Of a stretch of DNA of 47,751 bases, positions 8,442 through 17,902 are shown piece by piece; the first letter of the stretch is position 1; each line of letters starts with the position of its first letter. Under the pieces are notes generated by a model. It did not search any database, was not told the origin of the DNA, and worked only from the letters and a program-made list of their open reading frames with translations. The translations under genes were made by a program, and so were the position numbers. The DNA comes from Candidatus Puniceispirillum sp. (GTDB lineage: Bacteria > Electryoneota > RPQS01 > DYHQ01). The stretch covers positions 1 to 47,751 of the forward strand of contig DYHQ01000004.1 in the NCBI GenBank assembly GCA_020724065.1. Reading direction: 5' to 3'.

Positions 8442-10139
8442 ATGAACTATTTCCGGATGTTCCCCATACTCGTCCCTTTCTTTCTTATTAGCCTCCTCTC
8501 TGCCCTACCGCTGCGATCAGATAGCGTGGACGGCCCATATTGGATTTTCTTTGCCGATAAAGGGAGTGAGAGAACAGCGCTGCCAAAGGCATTGGATGAC
8601 TCACGCGCGACATTGGACTCCCACGCTCGCTGGCGACGAGCCAAAGTGCTGCCGCATCTCGTTGATGAACTCGACTTGCCTGTCGCACCACACTATCATG
8701 AGGCCGTCTCGTCATGCGGGGCACACCTGCGTTTCACAAGTCGTTGGCTGAATGCTGTCAGTGTGGATGCCGACGCCGAGGCCTTGGACAGAATCTGCGG
8801 TCTCCCTTTTGTTCGGAAGGTGCAGCCTGTCGCGAAGTATTGGCCGTGCGACCGAAATCTCAGATGTGAGCCATCCAGCGTTCTGGGAGAGGAGAAGACC
8901 AATTCTCACTTCGATGACCCCGATTACGGTCCCTCGTTCGGTCAACTCGAACTGTGCCATGTGCCGGCCATGCACGCACGAGGTTTGACCGGTAATGGCG
9001 TTCGGCTGTGCCTCCTTGATACAGGCTATTGGCTGGAACACGAAGTCTTTGACAGTGCGAATGTCATCGCGACGTGGGATTTCATCAACGGAGACAGTAT
9101 CGTCTGGAATGAGGACGGACAAGACACGGTATTCCAGCACGACCATGGGACCATTACGCTCTCCGTTGCTGCGGGGAAAAGAGACGGCAGCCTCTACGGC
9201 CCGGCTTTCGGTGCGGAACTCATTCTCGGCAAGACGGAGGATGTTCGCAGCGAGACCCCGATTGAGGAGGATTACTATGTGGCAGGTTTGGAATGGGCAG
9301 ACAGCTTGGGAGCGGATGTTGTCTCCTCAAGTCTCGGCTACTTAGATTGGTACACCTTTGAAGACATGGACGGAAACACGGCAGTGACCACAATCGCAGT
9401 GGACATCGCCGTCTCGCGGGGCATGATCGTCTGCACAGCGGCCGGCAATGAACGCTTGTCAGAATGGGGACATATCATTGCACCGGCGGATGCCGACTCT
9501 GTGATAGCTGTTGGAGCTGTCGACAGCTTAGGGGATATTGCTTATTTTTCCTCGCCGGGCCCCACATTCGACGGACGTATCAAACCGGAGGTCTGCGCGC
9601 ATGGTTTTGGCACCTACGCTGCTATACCCTGGTTTGGCCCCAGCGGTTATCTGCGCGCTTCGGGTACTTCACTCTCGACACCTATTATCGGTGGCATCTG
9701 TGCGTTACTCTTAGAGGCTCACCCGGATTGGACTCCCATGCAGTTGCGCGAGGCTCTGCTGATGACCGCGAGTCAGGCCGTGTCGCCTGACACCAATTAT
9801 GGGTGGGGAATTGCGAACGGTCTGGCCGCGTTGGACTATTTCGAGACGGTTCCGCACCAAATAGCGTTCGCTCCTCAAAAGGGGATCCTTATCGAAGCTT
9901 ACCCTAATCCGACCAACAGCCTTGTCACTTGGAACATCAAAATCCCGGAAAGGCTGATTGGCTCTTTCACTGTAATGGACATTCTCGGACGCAACGTTGC
10001 ACACATGCCAAGGAGCCAATGGGTCTCAGGCCGTCATCGCCTTCCTCTCGATGCAACGAATCTGCCGTCGGGCATGTATTTTGGTCGCTTTGAGACAGCG
10101 ATTGGACAGACAGTCGGCAAGGTCGTTGTGCTCAAATAA
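8442..10139 (+). CDS. Secreted S8 subtilisin-family serine protease with T9SS type-A-like CTD
   Basis: Signal peptide and propeptide; catalytic triad LLDTG / HDHGT / SGTSLSTP; oxyanion AAGN; C-terminal AYPNP...DILGR...LPSGMYF...KVVVLK. Confidence 0.92.
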   Translation: MNYFRMFPILVPFFLISLLSALPLRSDSVDGPYWIFFADKGSERTALPKALDDSRATLDSHARWRRAKVLPHLVDELDLPVAPHYHEAVSSCGAHLRFTSRWLNAVSVDADAEALDRICGLPFVRKVQPVAKYWPCDRNLRCEPSSVLGEEKTNSHFDDPDYGPSFGQLELCHVPAMHARGLTGNGVRLCLLDTGYWLEHEVFDSANVIATWDFINGDSIVWNEDGQDTVFQHDHGTITLSVAAGKRDGSLYGPAFGAELILGKTEDVRSETPIEEDYYVAGLEWADSLGADVVSSSLGYLDWYTFEDMDGNTAVTTIAVDIAVSRGMIVCTAAGNERLSEWGHIIAPADADSVIAVGAVDSLGDIAYFSSPGPTFDGRIKPEVCAHGFGTYAAIPWFGPSGYLRASGTSLSTPIIGGICALLLEAHPDWTPMQLREALLMTASQAVSPDTNYGWGIANGLAALDYFETVPHQIAFAPQKGILIEAYPNPTNSLVTWNIKIPERLIGSFTVMDILGRNVAHMPRSQWVSGRHRLPLDATNLPSGMYFGRFETAIGQTVGKVVVLK

Positions 10140-10167
10140 TCCGCAACGATAACTCCGAATCCTCGCC

Positions 10168-11401
10168 ATGACTTTGCTCAAGAAGGTGCGTACCCAATTC
10201 TCTCCCGGGCTCCTTCCGCTTTGGCTCGCCGGTTTCATCTCGACCTGTGGTGACGAAATCAGTTGGATCGCGTTTCTTTGGCTGCTCTATGATCTGACCG
10301 GTTCGAAACTGGCGACGGGATTGGTTTGGTCGCTCCAATTCCTGCCGGTCATCTTGTTTGGGCTTTTTGCGGGAGTCTTGGTGGATCGATTCAACCGTCG
10401 TCGTGTTATGATGGTCGCCGATTTTGCACGAGCGCTCCTGATCGCAGCGATCCCTCTGCTGCTTGTCTCGGGCCACCTCAGAGGAATTCACTTGGGCATC
10501 GTTGCGTTCATGATTTCCGCCTTCTCAACCGCTTTCATGCCCGCCCGCGATGCTCTCGTTCCCGAGCTCGTCGAAAGAGAGAAGCTGACTCAAGCCAATG
10601 CGCTCATCCAAGGCTCCCACAACCTTGCTTTTTTGATCAGCCGGATTGGCTGCAGCCGCACTGCCTCTCCTGAAGCTTCAGGGCCTCTTCTACATGGATG
10701 CCCTTTCCTATTTGGCCTCGCTTGTTTGTATCTGGCGAATCAAGAAATCTCAAGATGCTCGCCAATTAATGCCATCGGCGACATTGGAGACCGAGCTGCC
10801 GCCACCACACTCCCTGCGAGAAGGACTTGCCTTTGCCTTGCGCGACGGCCGCATCCGCGGATTGCTTTTCCTTACCGCGGTGAACAATCTTTTCATCATG
10901 GGGCCTGCCATCGTCGGATTTCCCATCTATGTGAGGGATCACCTCGGGCGTGGGCCGGAGGGTTTGGCCAGCATGGATGCCGCGTTCGCCGCCGGCATGA
11001 TTGTGGGAAGTTTCGTTCTTCATCGCTGGGGAAAACGACTGCCCAAAGGCCGCGTGATTCTGAGCGCGATTGTCTTTGACGGACTCACCTTCATTCCTCT
11101 GCTATGGACAAACGAGCTCTGGGCAAGCATGCTCCTCATCTTCATCCACGCTCTCGGGGTACCCTTCATCATTGTTCCCCGCACCACCATGATTCAAGAA
11201 ATCGTGGCGCCTCGCATGCAAGGACGCGTCTTCAGCATGCTCAACCTGGCTGTCTTCGGACTCACGGCTCTGAGTGCCGCCCTAACGGGAATCGCAATGG
11301 AATGGGTCTCCATTGCTGAACTCTACGCCATCATTGGCACGCTGGCTGCATGCGTTGGACTTGCGGGCTGGACACTCCGCGACCTGCGCTGTGCAAGATA
11401 G
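10168..11401 (+). pseudogene. MFS transporter (DHA3/macrolide-efflux-like) split by a frameshift near 10637-10650
   Basis: The N-half has motif A (GVLVDRFNRRRVM) and PARDALVPELV. The C-half continues in the +1 frame with QEIVAPRMQGRVFS. Joined length is about 410 aa, normal for a 12-TM MFS. Confidence 0.85.
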
Positions 11402-11644
11402 GCCTGTCCCCCGACAGAAATAGGCCCCTCTCGACCTCCCCTTCCATATTATAACCTCCCATCGGGCATGAAATCCACTGCGATCCACGGGTGCGACCTT
11501 TTCATCGCAGTCATGTCTCGGAAGAATCACTTTTGCAGATATTGCCGGCTATCGTATTTGTTCAACTCTCGATTCTTCAACGGGCATCAAAAGTTGGAAC
11601 CTGCGTATTTCCCTTTCCCAACTATAGGCTGCGTCGTTTGCGTC

Positions 11645-11760
11645 TATAGTCATTCTCAAAAGTCGGCTGCGATGTCGGGACCCGCCGAGCCGGGTTAAGT
11701 CTTCGCAACCCGGCCCGAATCAGAAACAGATATCGCAACTTACTTTTGGGAATCACTATA
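11645..11760. mobile_element. MITE-like element A1 (116 bp, TATAG ends)
   Basis: Imperfect ~32-bp terminal inverted repeats TATAGTCATTCTCAAAAGT... / ...ACTTTTGGGAATCACTATA, with an internal GCCGGGTT/AACCCGGC hairpin. Confidence 0.75.
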
Positions 11761-11796
11761 TGTGTGCGCTGATTTTAGCACGATTTCAGTTTGTTT

Positions 11797-12088
11797 TATG
11801 GCGATTCTTGAAAGTCCTCCGACATGTCAGGTCGCTGGACAAGGGGTTGAAACCCCTTGCCTTTTGCCCGGGGAAGCGGCTTTAGCCCCTTGCGATGTCG
11901 GCCCACTTTTGGGGCGTGTTGCCCAAATCGCAGGCAGCCCGCCCTTTGTCCAATTCAGGGGATGCCGGAAGTCTCGGGTTGTCTCAGAACGACTCGAAAC
12001 GCTCTGCTGTCTCTCGGATTCCGGCCGGGCGAGGACGCCCGGCTCGGCGACCTCGATCTGGGCAACACGCCCTTTGAGAACCGCTATA
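11797..12088. mobile_element. MITE-like element A2 (same end family as A1), interrupted by element B
   Basis: Left end TATGGCGATTCTTGAAAGT. The right end rebuilds to ACTTTTGAGAACCGCTATA once B and one TTTG are removed. Internal hairpin CAAGGGGTTGAAACCCCTTG. Confidence 0.7.
11912..12072. mobile_element. MITE-like element B (161 bp) with a 4-bp target-site duplication
   Basis: 19-bp TIRs GGGCGTGTTGCCCAAATCG / CGATCTGGGCAACACGCCC (1 mismatch), flanked by TTTG at 11908-11911 and 12073-12076. Internal hairpin GCCGGGCG..CGCCCGGC. Confidence 0.8.
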
Positions 12089-12156
12089 ATATGGATAGAC
12101 TTCGGCATGAGTGCTTGCGTGCGATGAAGTGAGTGGGGAGGTCGTGGAGGGCCGAG

Positions 12157-12185
12157 AAGGCGGTGGCGTGGGCTGCCGCCTTTTT
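12157..12185. terminator. Terminator-like hairpin between convergent MFS and NatB-CPBP genes
   Basis: AAGGCGGTGGC-gtgg-GCTGCCGCCTTTTT, with the U-tract on the plus strand. Confidence 0.6.
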
Positions 12186-12199
12186 CATTGTGGGTGGAG

Positions 12200-14248
12200 T
12201 TATGAAATCGTGGGAGGAGTTGTCTCGGTTCCCTGGCCGATGGCGGCTCGTCTGAGCCACCACCATCCCGCTGCGAAAAGCACGATGGCGACAGCGACAA
12301 ATCCCCAAGGCAGAAGTTCCCTTTCGTCCAGCCGAAGGCCGCTCATCTTTGAAAGAGCCTCCTGCTGTCGCTGACCAAAGAAGGCCAAGGCGTTGCACAA
12401 GGCATGACCGAACATGGCAGGCAAAATCGATCCCGATTCAACGGCCAAAATCGCCAAAACGAATCCCAAGAAAGCCGTAGGCAACAAGCGATAGGGATCC
12501 AGATGGAGGATGCCGAAAACGACGCTGACAGCAAGCACGGCTCGGGCCTTGCCCAATCGCGGCAGCCAGGCTCGCAGCAGATAGCCTCGACACAGCAATT
12601 CCTCGCAGACTCCTGGAAGAACGGCAATGTACATCAGTGCGTGCCAGGGCGGCAAGGCGTTGAATTGAGCGAAGAGACCTTCAAATTGTTCGAGAAGGCT
12701 ACTCGGGAAAGGAAAAATGAGGTTTTGTAGTGAGGCAAGTTCGACGGCCAGAAGCCATCCCCCCACAGCGAATATCAGCGAAGGGAGCCAAGCGATCGTG
12801 GGCGGTATTGCCAGTCCAAGAGAACGGCGCATGTCATGCCGACCCCATCGGAGCGCAAGAAGGGGTGGCAGAAGAATCAATAGAATCTCTGTCTTAAGCA
12901 ATCCACGCACCAGATTCGCGCTCTGCCATCGGGAACCGACGAAGAAAACCAGAATCAGGACAACAATAAAAATGAAGAGAGCCCCCGAGGCGCTGGGAAG
13001 AGGTTGAGCGATGAGCGGACGCCTAAAGGGGGACCAGCGTACCTCCTCGGCATGGCGAAAAAGCACCGACTCACGCCGAAACTGCGAAATCGCCCAATGC
13101 AGTGATAGCCCCGCGAGAAGGCAAGATGATAAGAAAGTCAACACAGACTCAACAAACGGGTACCGACCCACAAGAAATTCTTTCGTCAAGAGAGAAATGT
13201 TGATAATCGGAACAAGCGAGAGGGATGGAGAGATTTGCGTGCCGGGCAACGCCGAGACAATCGCCGGAAGAATCACCACCATATAGAGAGGCGTCAGAAG
13301 ATTCTGACCTTCTTTGTAGCTGCGAGCCGGCGTGGCCACCGCCATGCAAATGGCACTGAAAAAGACAGCCATCGGCAACAGGATTAGGGCAACGGAGACC
13401 AGGGCGAGCGGCGTGATTCCAAAGCCAAAGTGCCCCATTGTCGTCCCGGCCTCCCCAAGTCTCATTCCCCATGAAAATGTCAGTCCCATCGAGCCAATGT
13501 TCAAGAAAGTCGTGATCAGCGAGATAGAGAGAATGGCAATGAATTTCCCATAGACGATTTCGCTGCGATACGCCGGAGAGACGAGCAAGGTCTCCAGTGT
13601 GCCGCGTTCCTTCTCCCCCGCCGTCAGGTCAATGGCGGGATAAAATGCTCCCATCATGGCCATGATGATCAGAAGATAGCCCAGAAACTTCCCCAAGACG
13701 AATCCCGACATCTCCTCGCTCGTCGCGACATTTTCAAGACGCGTGACAAAGGGCCGCAAGAGCGATGTGTCTGCCGCCAGCGCTTCGAATCGTTTGGCGA
13801 CAATCGCCTCCTGGTAATACCGAAGCGCACGCTCGACCTTGGTTCGCGCCTGTCCGGAGCGTTCCTTGGCGGCATTGTAATGGATCGTGAGAGAAGTCGA
13901 ATGATGAGCCTGGATGCTGTCGCCAAATCCCGGCGGAATCTCGATGGCGGCATGAAGCTCGCCTGCCCCCAGCGCATGCCTCCAATCCGCAACCGGCGTC
14001 ACATGAATGGCGACCGCCGAATCGAGGGTCGTGCGAAGCTCAACCGGCGCTTTCTCCCCGATAATCGCTATTCTGGCTTCTTCCTCCTCCAGTTTTTTCG
14101 TTTGCAGGATGGAAAACTGGATGACGCCAATCATAAGCAAAGGATAGAGAAGAATTGGGAGGACAATCATCACAAAGAGAGTGCGTCGGTCGCGCAGAAT
14201 GTCGCGCATCTCTTTCAAATAGATTGTCTTGAGCTGGGGGAAACGCAT
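12200..14248 (-). CDS. ABC-2 (NatB-like) permease fused to a CPBP/CAAX-type intramembrane metalloprotease
   Basis: KEMRDILRDRRTL and AGEKERGTLETLL mark NatB. The C-terminal EELLCRG, FGILH and HALCN are the three CPBP motifs. Confidence 0.9.
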   Translation of the reverse strand: MRFPQLKTIYLKEMRDILRDRRTLFVMIVLPILLYPLLMIGVIQFSILQTKKLEEEEARIAIIGEKAPVELRTTLDSAVAIHVTPVADWRHALGAGELHAAIEIPPGFGDSIQAHHSTSLTIHYNAAKERSGQARTKVERALRYYQEAIVAKRFEALAADTSLLRPFVTRLENVATSEEMSGFVLGKFLGYLLIIMAMMGAFYPAIDLTAGEKERGTLETLLVSPAYRSEIVYGKFIAILSISLITTFLNIGSMGLTFSWGMRLGEAGTTMGHFGFGITPLALVSVALILLPMAVFFSAICMAVATPARSYKEGQNLLTPLYMVVILPAIVSALPGTQISPSLSLVPIINISLLTKEFLVGRYPFVESVLTFLSSCLLAGLSLHWAISQFRRESVLFRHAEEVRWSPFRRPLIAQPLPSASGALFIFIVVLILVFFVGSRWQSANLVRGLLKTEILLILLPPLLALRWGRHDMRRSLGLAIPPTIAWLPSLIFAVGGWLLAVELASLQNLIFPFPSSLLEQFEGLFAQFNALPPWHALMYIAVLPGVCEELLCRGYLLRAWLPRLGKARAVLAVSVVFGILHLDPYRLLPTAFLGFVLAILAVESGSILPAMFGHALCNALAFFGQRQQEALSKMSGLRLDERELLPWGFVAVAIVLFAAGWWWLRRAAIGQGTETTPPTIS

Positions 14249-14378
14249 CGCTTTCCTGAGTGGGCAGAGGATAATGTCTGAAGGGACTTACAGGGTGATA
14301 ATATGCACTTTTGTCTCTATTTTCGCAAGTGCACAAAGGAAGTAGGAGAGAGTTTGTGAGAGGAGGCTACCGAAATGG

Positions 14379-14822
14379 CTACTCAATCCGTCCCGCCAGG
14401 CGGGCGTCAGCGATAATCTTGGCATGGTCAAAAGCCATTTCTGGCGGCAACTGGTCCAGCGCGAACCATTGCACTTGAGCCGCGTCATCGCCAGCACGAA
14501 TCTCCCCGCCGGGCTCGGCAGTGAAAACCACCGTCAGAGTATGGAACCTTGGGTCGCGCCCCGGCTGAGAATAGACTCGAAACTGGCGAAGATTGCGCAT
14601 CTCCAGGCCCGTCTCTTCTTTCGCTTCCCGTGCGGCGGCTTGCTCGGCCGACTCGCCATAGTCAATGAAGCCGCCCGGCAGTGCCCAACCGAATGGCGGA
14701 TTCTTCCGGCGGATGAGTAGCACTTTTCCCGGACGATGAAAAAGAATATCCGCCGTCGGATAGGGATTGCGGAAAGGCTCGATTGCACCACCGCAATGGG
14801 GACAAATGATCTCGTTTGTCAT
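14379..14822 (-). CDS. NUDIX hydrolase with an N-terminal CxxC
   Basis: Nudix box GGFIDYGESAEQAAAREAKEETGL, plus CPHC, RDPR, AGDDA and AFDH. Confidence 0.92.
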   Translation of the reverse strand: MTNEIICPHCGGAIEPFRNPYPTADILFHRPGKVLLIRRKNPPFGWALPGGFIDYGESAEQAAAREAKEETGLEMRNLRQFRVYSQPGRDPRFHTLTVVFTAEPGGEIRAGDDAAQVQWFALDQLPPEMAFDHAKIIADARLAGRIE

Positions 14823-14863
14823 GGCAGTTCGCTTGGGAATGTGCCATCGGCTTCTCGCTGCAC

Positions 14864-14901
14864 AAAAAACCGGCCGCAGTGCAGACAGTACTGCGGCCGG
14901 T
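14864..14901 (-). terminator. Intrinsic terminator after the PDZ gene
   Basis: ACCGGCCGCAGT/ACTGCGGCCGGT stem followed by TTTTT on the minus strand. Confidence 0.8.
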
Positions 14902-14976
14902 CAAAAGGATGCGCCGAGTGGCGGCACGAAGGTTCAGGGGAGGCTCCCTTCGCGCCTCTCCAAGCTTCGGCGCATA

Positions 14977-16002
14977 TTACATCTTCTGTTGTTGAGATTT
15001 TTCCTCTTTGAGCCGCTCCAGCTCTTTCTCAAGCTCCTGAAGACGACCCTTCAGCTCCTCGAGTTGTGGCTGCAGCTCAAGTCGAAATTCGTAGGCTCTC
15101 TCTCGGATCTCGTCCGGATCCACTTTTGGAATTGAACCCGGAAGGTCGTCCAGAAGTTCCCGACATTTTTCATCACGAAATATTTTGCAGCGCCCCATGG
15201 GCAGCCCTAATCCGAGACCATAGAGATCAACACATCCGAGCTCATCAAGCCGCCCCTCAAGTTCAACTTCAATGGCCTTTTTCTCCCCTCTGCGAACGAC
15301 CTCGAATTTGGCCTTCTCGCCCGGCTCGTGGCATCGGACAAGGCGCTGGACATCTCCCGCATCATCAGTTTCGATGCCATCTATACGAATAATGACATCT
15401 CCCGCCTCAATTCCAGCCTTCTCCGCCGGACTTCCTTTTTCAACATCTGAAATCAGAACACCTTCTTCCACACTGAAATACTTGGCCAATCCCTCGCTCA
15501 GCTCCTGCAAGTGGATACCTGCATAGGCGCGTTTCGGGGCTTTGTGCGTCATGAGTGGCGGCCAGTCGCTTTCCTTCTCATCGTTGTCGGTCCGTATCTT
15601 AATGCGCTTGGATAATTGGCGCGCCCCAAGCGTTGCCTCAACCGTCTGCTCCTTACCACCCCGAATGATCCCGATCTGAACAACATCCCCTGAGCTTTTC
15701 TCTCTGAGCATCTCCCGCAGATTGTCTGGGCTCTCGACAGGATTCCCGTCAAATTTGACGACAATATCATTGGAGCGCAGTCCGGCTTCCTCGGCAGGAG
15801 AATCGCTCGTGACCTTCCGCACCAGAGCACCATGCCCTGTTTCGACACCATAGTCGGCAGCAGCTCCTTCCGTAACCTCGTCCAGTACCACCCCTAAGAA
15901 AGCCCGCTTACCTTTTTCGACTGACATACCTGCAAAGACCGCTGCGGCGCCGGCGACCAGGAGAATCGCCCCCAGAATCAAGATTGGATACCTGCGAAAC
16001 AT
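14977..16002 (-). CDS. Exported tandem-PDZ protein with a C-terminal coiled coil and no protease domain
   Basis: GGAGG SD before ATG 16002; signal peptide; two HtrA-type PDZ domains (AFLGV..SPAEEAGL..NDIV and AYAGI..SPAEKAGI.AGDVI); heptad-repeat tail. Confidence 0.85.
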   Translation of the reverse strand: MFRRYPILILGAILLVAGAAAVFAGMSVEKGKRAFLGVVLDEVTEGAAADYGVETGHGALVRKVTSDSPAEEAGLRSNDIVVKFDGNPVESPDNLREMLREKSSGDVVQIGIIRGGKEQTVEATLGARQLSKRIKIRTDNDEKESDWPPLMTHKAPKRAYAGIHLQELSEGLAKYFSVEEGVLISDVEKGSPAEKAGIEAGDVIIRIDGIETDDAGDVQRLVRCHEPGEKAKFEVVRRGEKKAIEVELEGRLDELGCVDLYGLGLGLPMGRCKIFRDEKCRELLDDLPGSIPKVDPDEIRERAYEFRLELQPQLEELKGRLQELEKELERLKEEKSQQQKM

Positions 16003-16066
16003 GATACCTCCGTGGACTCGTTGGATTCGTTGGTCCCTCCGCAGCAAGGGCCTGGCTTCTATCCAA

Positions 16067-16094
16067 TCCGACGAGGTACGACGCAAAAAGTTCC
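16067..16094 (-). promoter_or_regulatory. ECF/sigmaE-type promoter for the PDZ gene
   Basis: The minus strand reads GGAACTT-tttgcgtcgtacctc-GTCGGA, matching the RpoE-type GAACTT-N16-TCnnA. Confidence 0.6.
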
Positions 16095-16299
16095 CGGCGC
16101 AACCGACCTGCAAAGAAGGCCTATTGCAATTCGGTGAAATTCAAAGCGAAGTCGGCAAACACTCGACATCTTCTTCTCTTTTCGTTCGCCCGAGAGTTCT
16201 TCAGAATTGGGAGTGCATTTGCGATTTCAGGATATTTCAGCTATGTTATGCGTTACATTTGGAGCAGGGGAGTCAGCACAAAAACTATTGGGATAAACC

Positions 16300-17847
16300 A
16301 TGTTACCCGAATTCCGGAATGAGTCTCTTACGGATTTCTCTGTAGAGTCCAATCGCAAAGCATTTCAAACGGCCCTGGAAAAAGTCCAGTCGGAACTTGG
16401 ACATGAATGGCCGATCCTCATTGACGGGCAACGGAAAACCACGGGGCAGACCTTTGCCCGTCTCAATCCTGCTCAGACTGCGGAGACAATCGCAAGATTC
16501 GCAAAAGGGACAAAGGAGACAGCCCTTGAGGCCGTTGCGGCCGCCGACAAACACTTTCAGGAGTGGAGCCACTGGGAGCCAGAGGCTCGGGCGCGAATCC
16601 TCCTTCGAGCGGCAGCGATGCTGCGTCGCCGCAAGCACGAGTTTTCAGCGACGATGGTCCTTGAAGTGGGCAAGAACTGGGCGGAAGCCGATGGAGACAC
16701 TGCTGAGGCCATTGACTTCATGGAGTTTTACGCCCGCGAGATGATGAGGCTAGCCGAACCGCAGCCGCTCGTGGGCATCGCCGGCGAAGAAGAGAATCTC
16801 TATTACATGCCTCTTGGCATCGGCGTTGTGATTCCCCCGTGGAACTTTCCACTGGCAATCCTCGTCGGGATGACAACAGCCTCACTGGTTGCGGGGAACA
16901 CCGTCATCCTCAAGCCCGCCTCTGCATCACCCTTCATCGCTTGGAGATTCTACAATCTTCTGGAGGAAGCCGGGCTGCCTCCCGGTGTATTAAATTTCTT
17001 GCCCGGCCATGGGAGCGCAATCGGCGATACGATTGTCAGCCATCCTCGGACTCGCTTCATCGCTTTCACGGGCTCCAAGGAGGTCGGTCTTCACATTCAG
17101 CGCCTGGCTGCCGAAATCGCACCCGGGCAGATTTGGATCAAACGCACCATTCTCGAAATGGGCGGCAAGGATTGCATTCTCGTGGATGAATCCGCGAATC
17201 CTGAAGACGCGGCGCAAGGCATCTACGCATCGGCGTTTGGATTTCAGGGACAAAAATGCTCGGCCTGTTCGCGCGCAATCATTCACGAGAAGCTCTATGA
17301 TGATGTCGTCGGTCGCGTTGTCGAGATGGCTCAGAAAACGACGATAGGACCCACGAAAGACTGCGGCAACTACCTTGGACCGGTCGTTGACGAGGCCGCT
17401 TTCAACAAAATCATGGAGTACATCGAAATCGGCAAGAAGGAAGGCAAGCTCCTAACTGGCGGCGAGCGGGGCCACACGGGAGGCTGGTTCATCAAGCCGA
17501 CCGTCTTTGGAAACATCGGGCCGGAGGCGCGCATCTTTCAAGAAGAGATATTCGGGCCGGTGTTGGCGTGCACGAAAGTCAAGAGCTTCAAGCAAGGTCT
17601 GGAATATGCCAATGCGACCGACTACGGTCTGACCGGCGCCCTCTACTCCAACAATCGCCAACACCTCGAGATCGCCCGCCGCGACTTCCATGTCGGCAAT
17701 CTCTATCTCAACCGCAAGTGTACCGGCGCGCTGGTCGGGGCACACCCCTTTGGCGGTTTCAACATGAGCGGCACCGACTCCAAAGCCGGCGGACGCGACT
17801 ATTTGCTGCTTTTCACGCAGGCCAAATCGGTGGCCGAGAGGTTTTAG
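16300..17847 (+). CDS. pruA: L-glutamate gamma-semialdehyde (P5C) dehydrogenase
   Basis: ALDH motifs IPPWNFP, FTGS, LEMGGK, FGFQGQKCSACSR and EEIFGP, plus the RocA/PruA-type HPFGGFNMSGTDSKAGG. Confidence 0.93.
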   Translation: MLPEFRNESLTDFSVESNRKAFQTALEKVQSELGHEWPILIDGQRKTTGQTFARLNPAQTAETIARFAKGTKETALEAVAAADKHFQEWSHWEPEARARILLRAAAMLRRRKHEFSATMVLEVGKNWAEADGDTAEAIDFMEFYAREMMRLAEPQPLVGIAGEEENLYYMPLGIGVVIPPWNFPLAILVGMTTASLVAGNTVILKPASASPFIAWRFYNLLEEAGLPPGVLNFLPGHGSAIGDTIVSHPRTRFIAFTGSKEVGLHIQRLAAEIAPGQIWIKRTILEMGGKDCILVDESANPEDAAQGIYASAFGFQGQKCSACSRAIIHEKLYDDVVGRVVEMAQKTTIGPTKDCGNYLGPVVDEAAFNKIMEYIEIGKKEGKLLTGGERGHTGGWFIKPTVFGNIGPEARIFQEEIFGPVLACTKVKSFKQGLEYANATDYGLTGALYSNNRQHLEIARRDFHVGNLYLNRKCTGALVGAHPFGGFNMSGTDSKAGGRDYLLLFTQAKSVAERF

Positions 17848-17902
17848 CAATGACTTCCAAACTGAATCCTTGAGAATCGCGTTCGCAGGCGCTGAAACAA
17901 AG

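Noticed and set aside
10650-11079. C-terminal half of ORF 10168-11079
   Set aside because: It is out-of-frame read-through after the MFS frameshift.
11645-12088. Clustered hairpins as a CRISPR array or attC cassette array
   Set aside because: No identical direct repeats with regular spacers, no cas or integrase gene, and no cassette ORFs.
11468-12398. Several 60-160 aa ORFs in the MFS-NatB gap as a possible transposase or toxin
   Set aside because: No DDE, HUH or toxin motifs; they overlap the MITEs or the antisense strand of NatB.
16003-16113. N-terminal extension of the PDZ ORF; likewise the longer starts for coaE (20684), lon (29076), EEP (29752), mlaE (38132) and mraZ (44054)
   Set aside because: Downstream starts fit SD sites, signal peptides or stop-start overlaps better.
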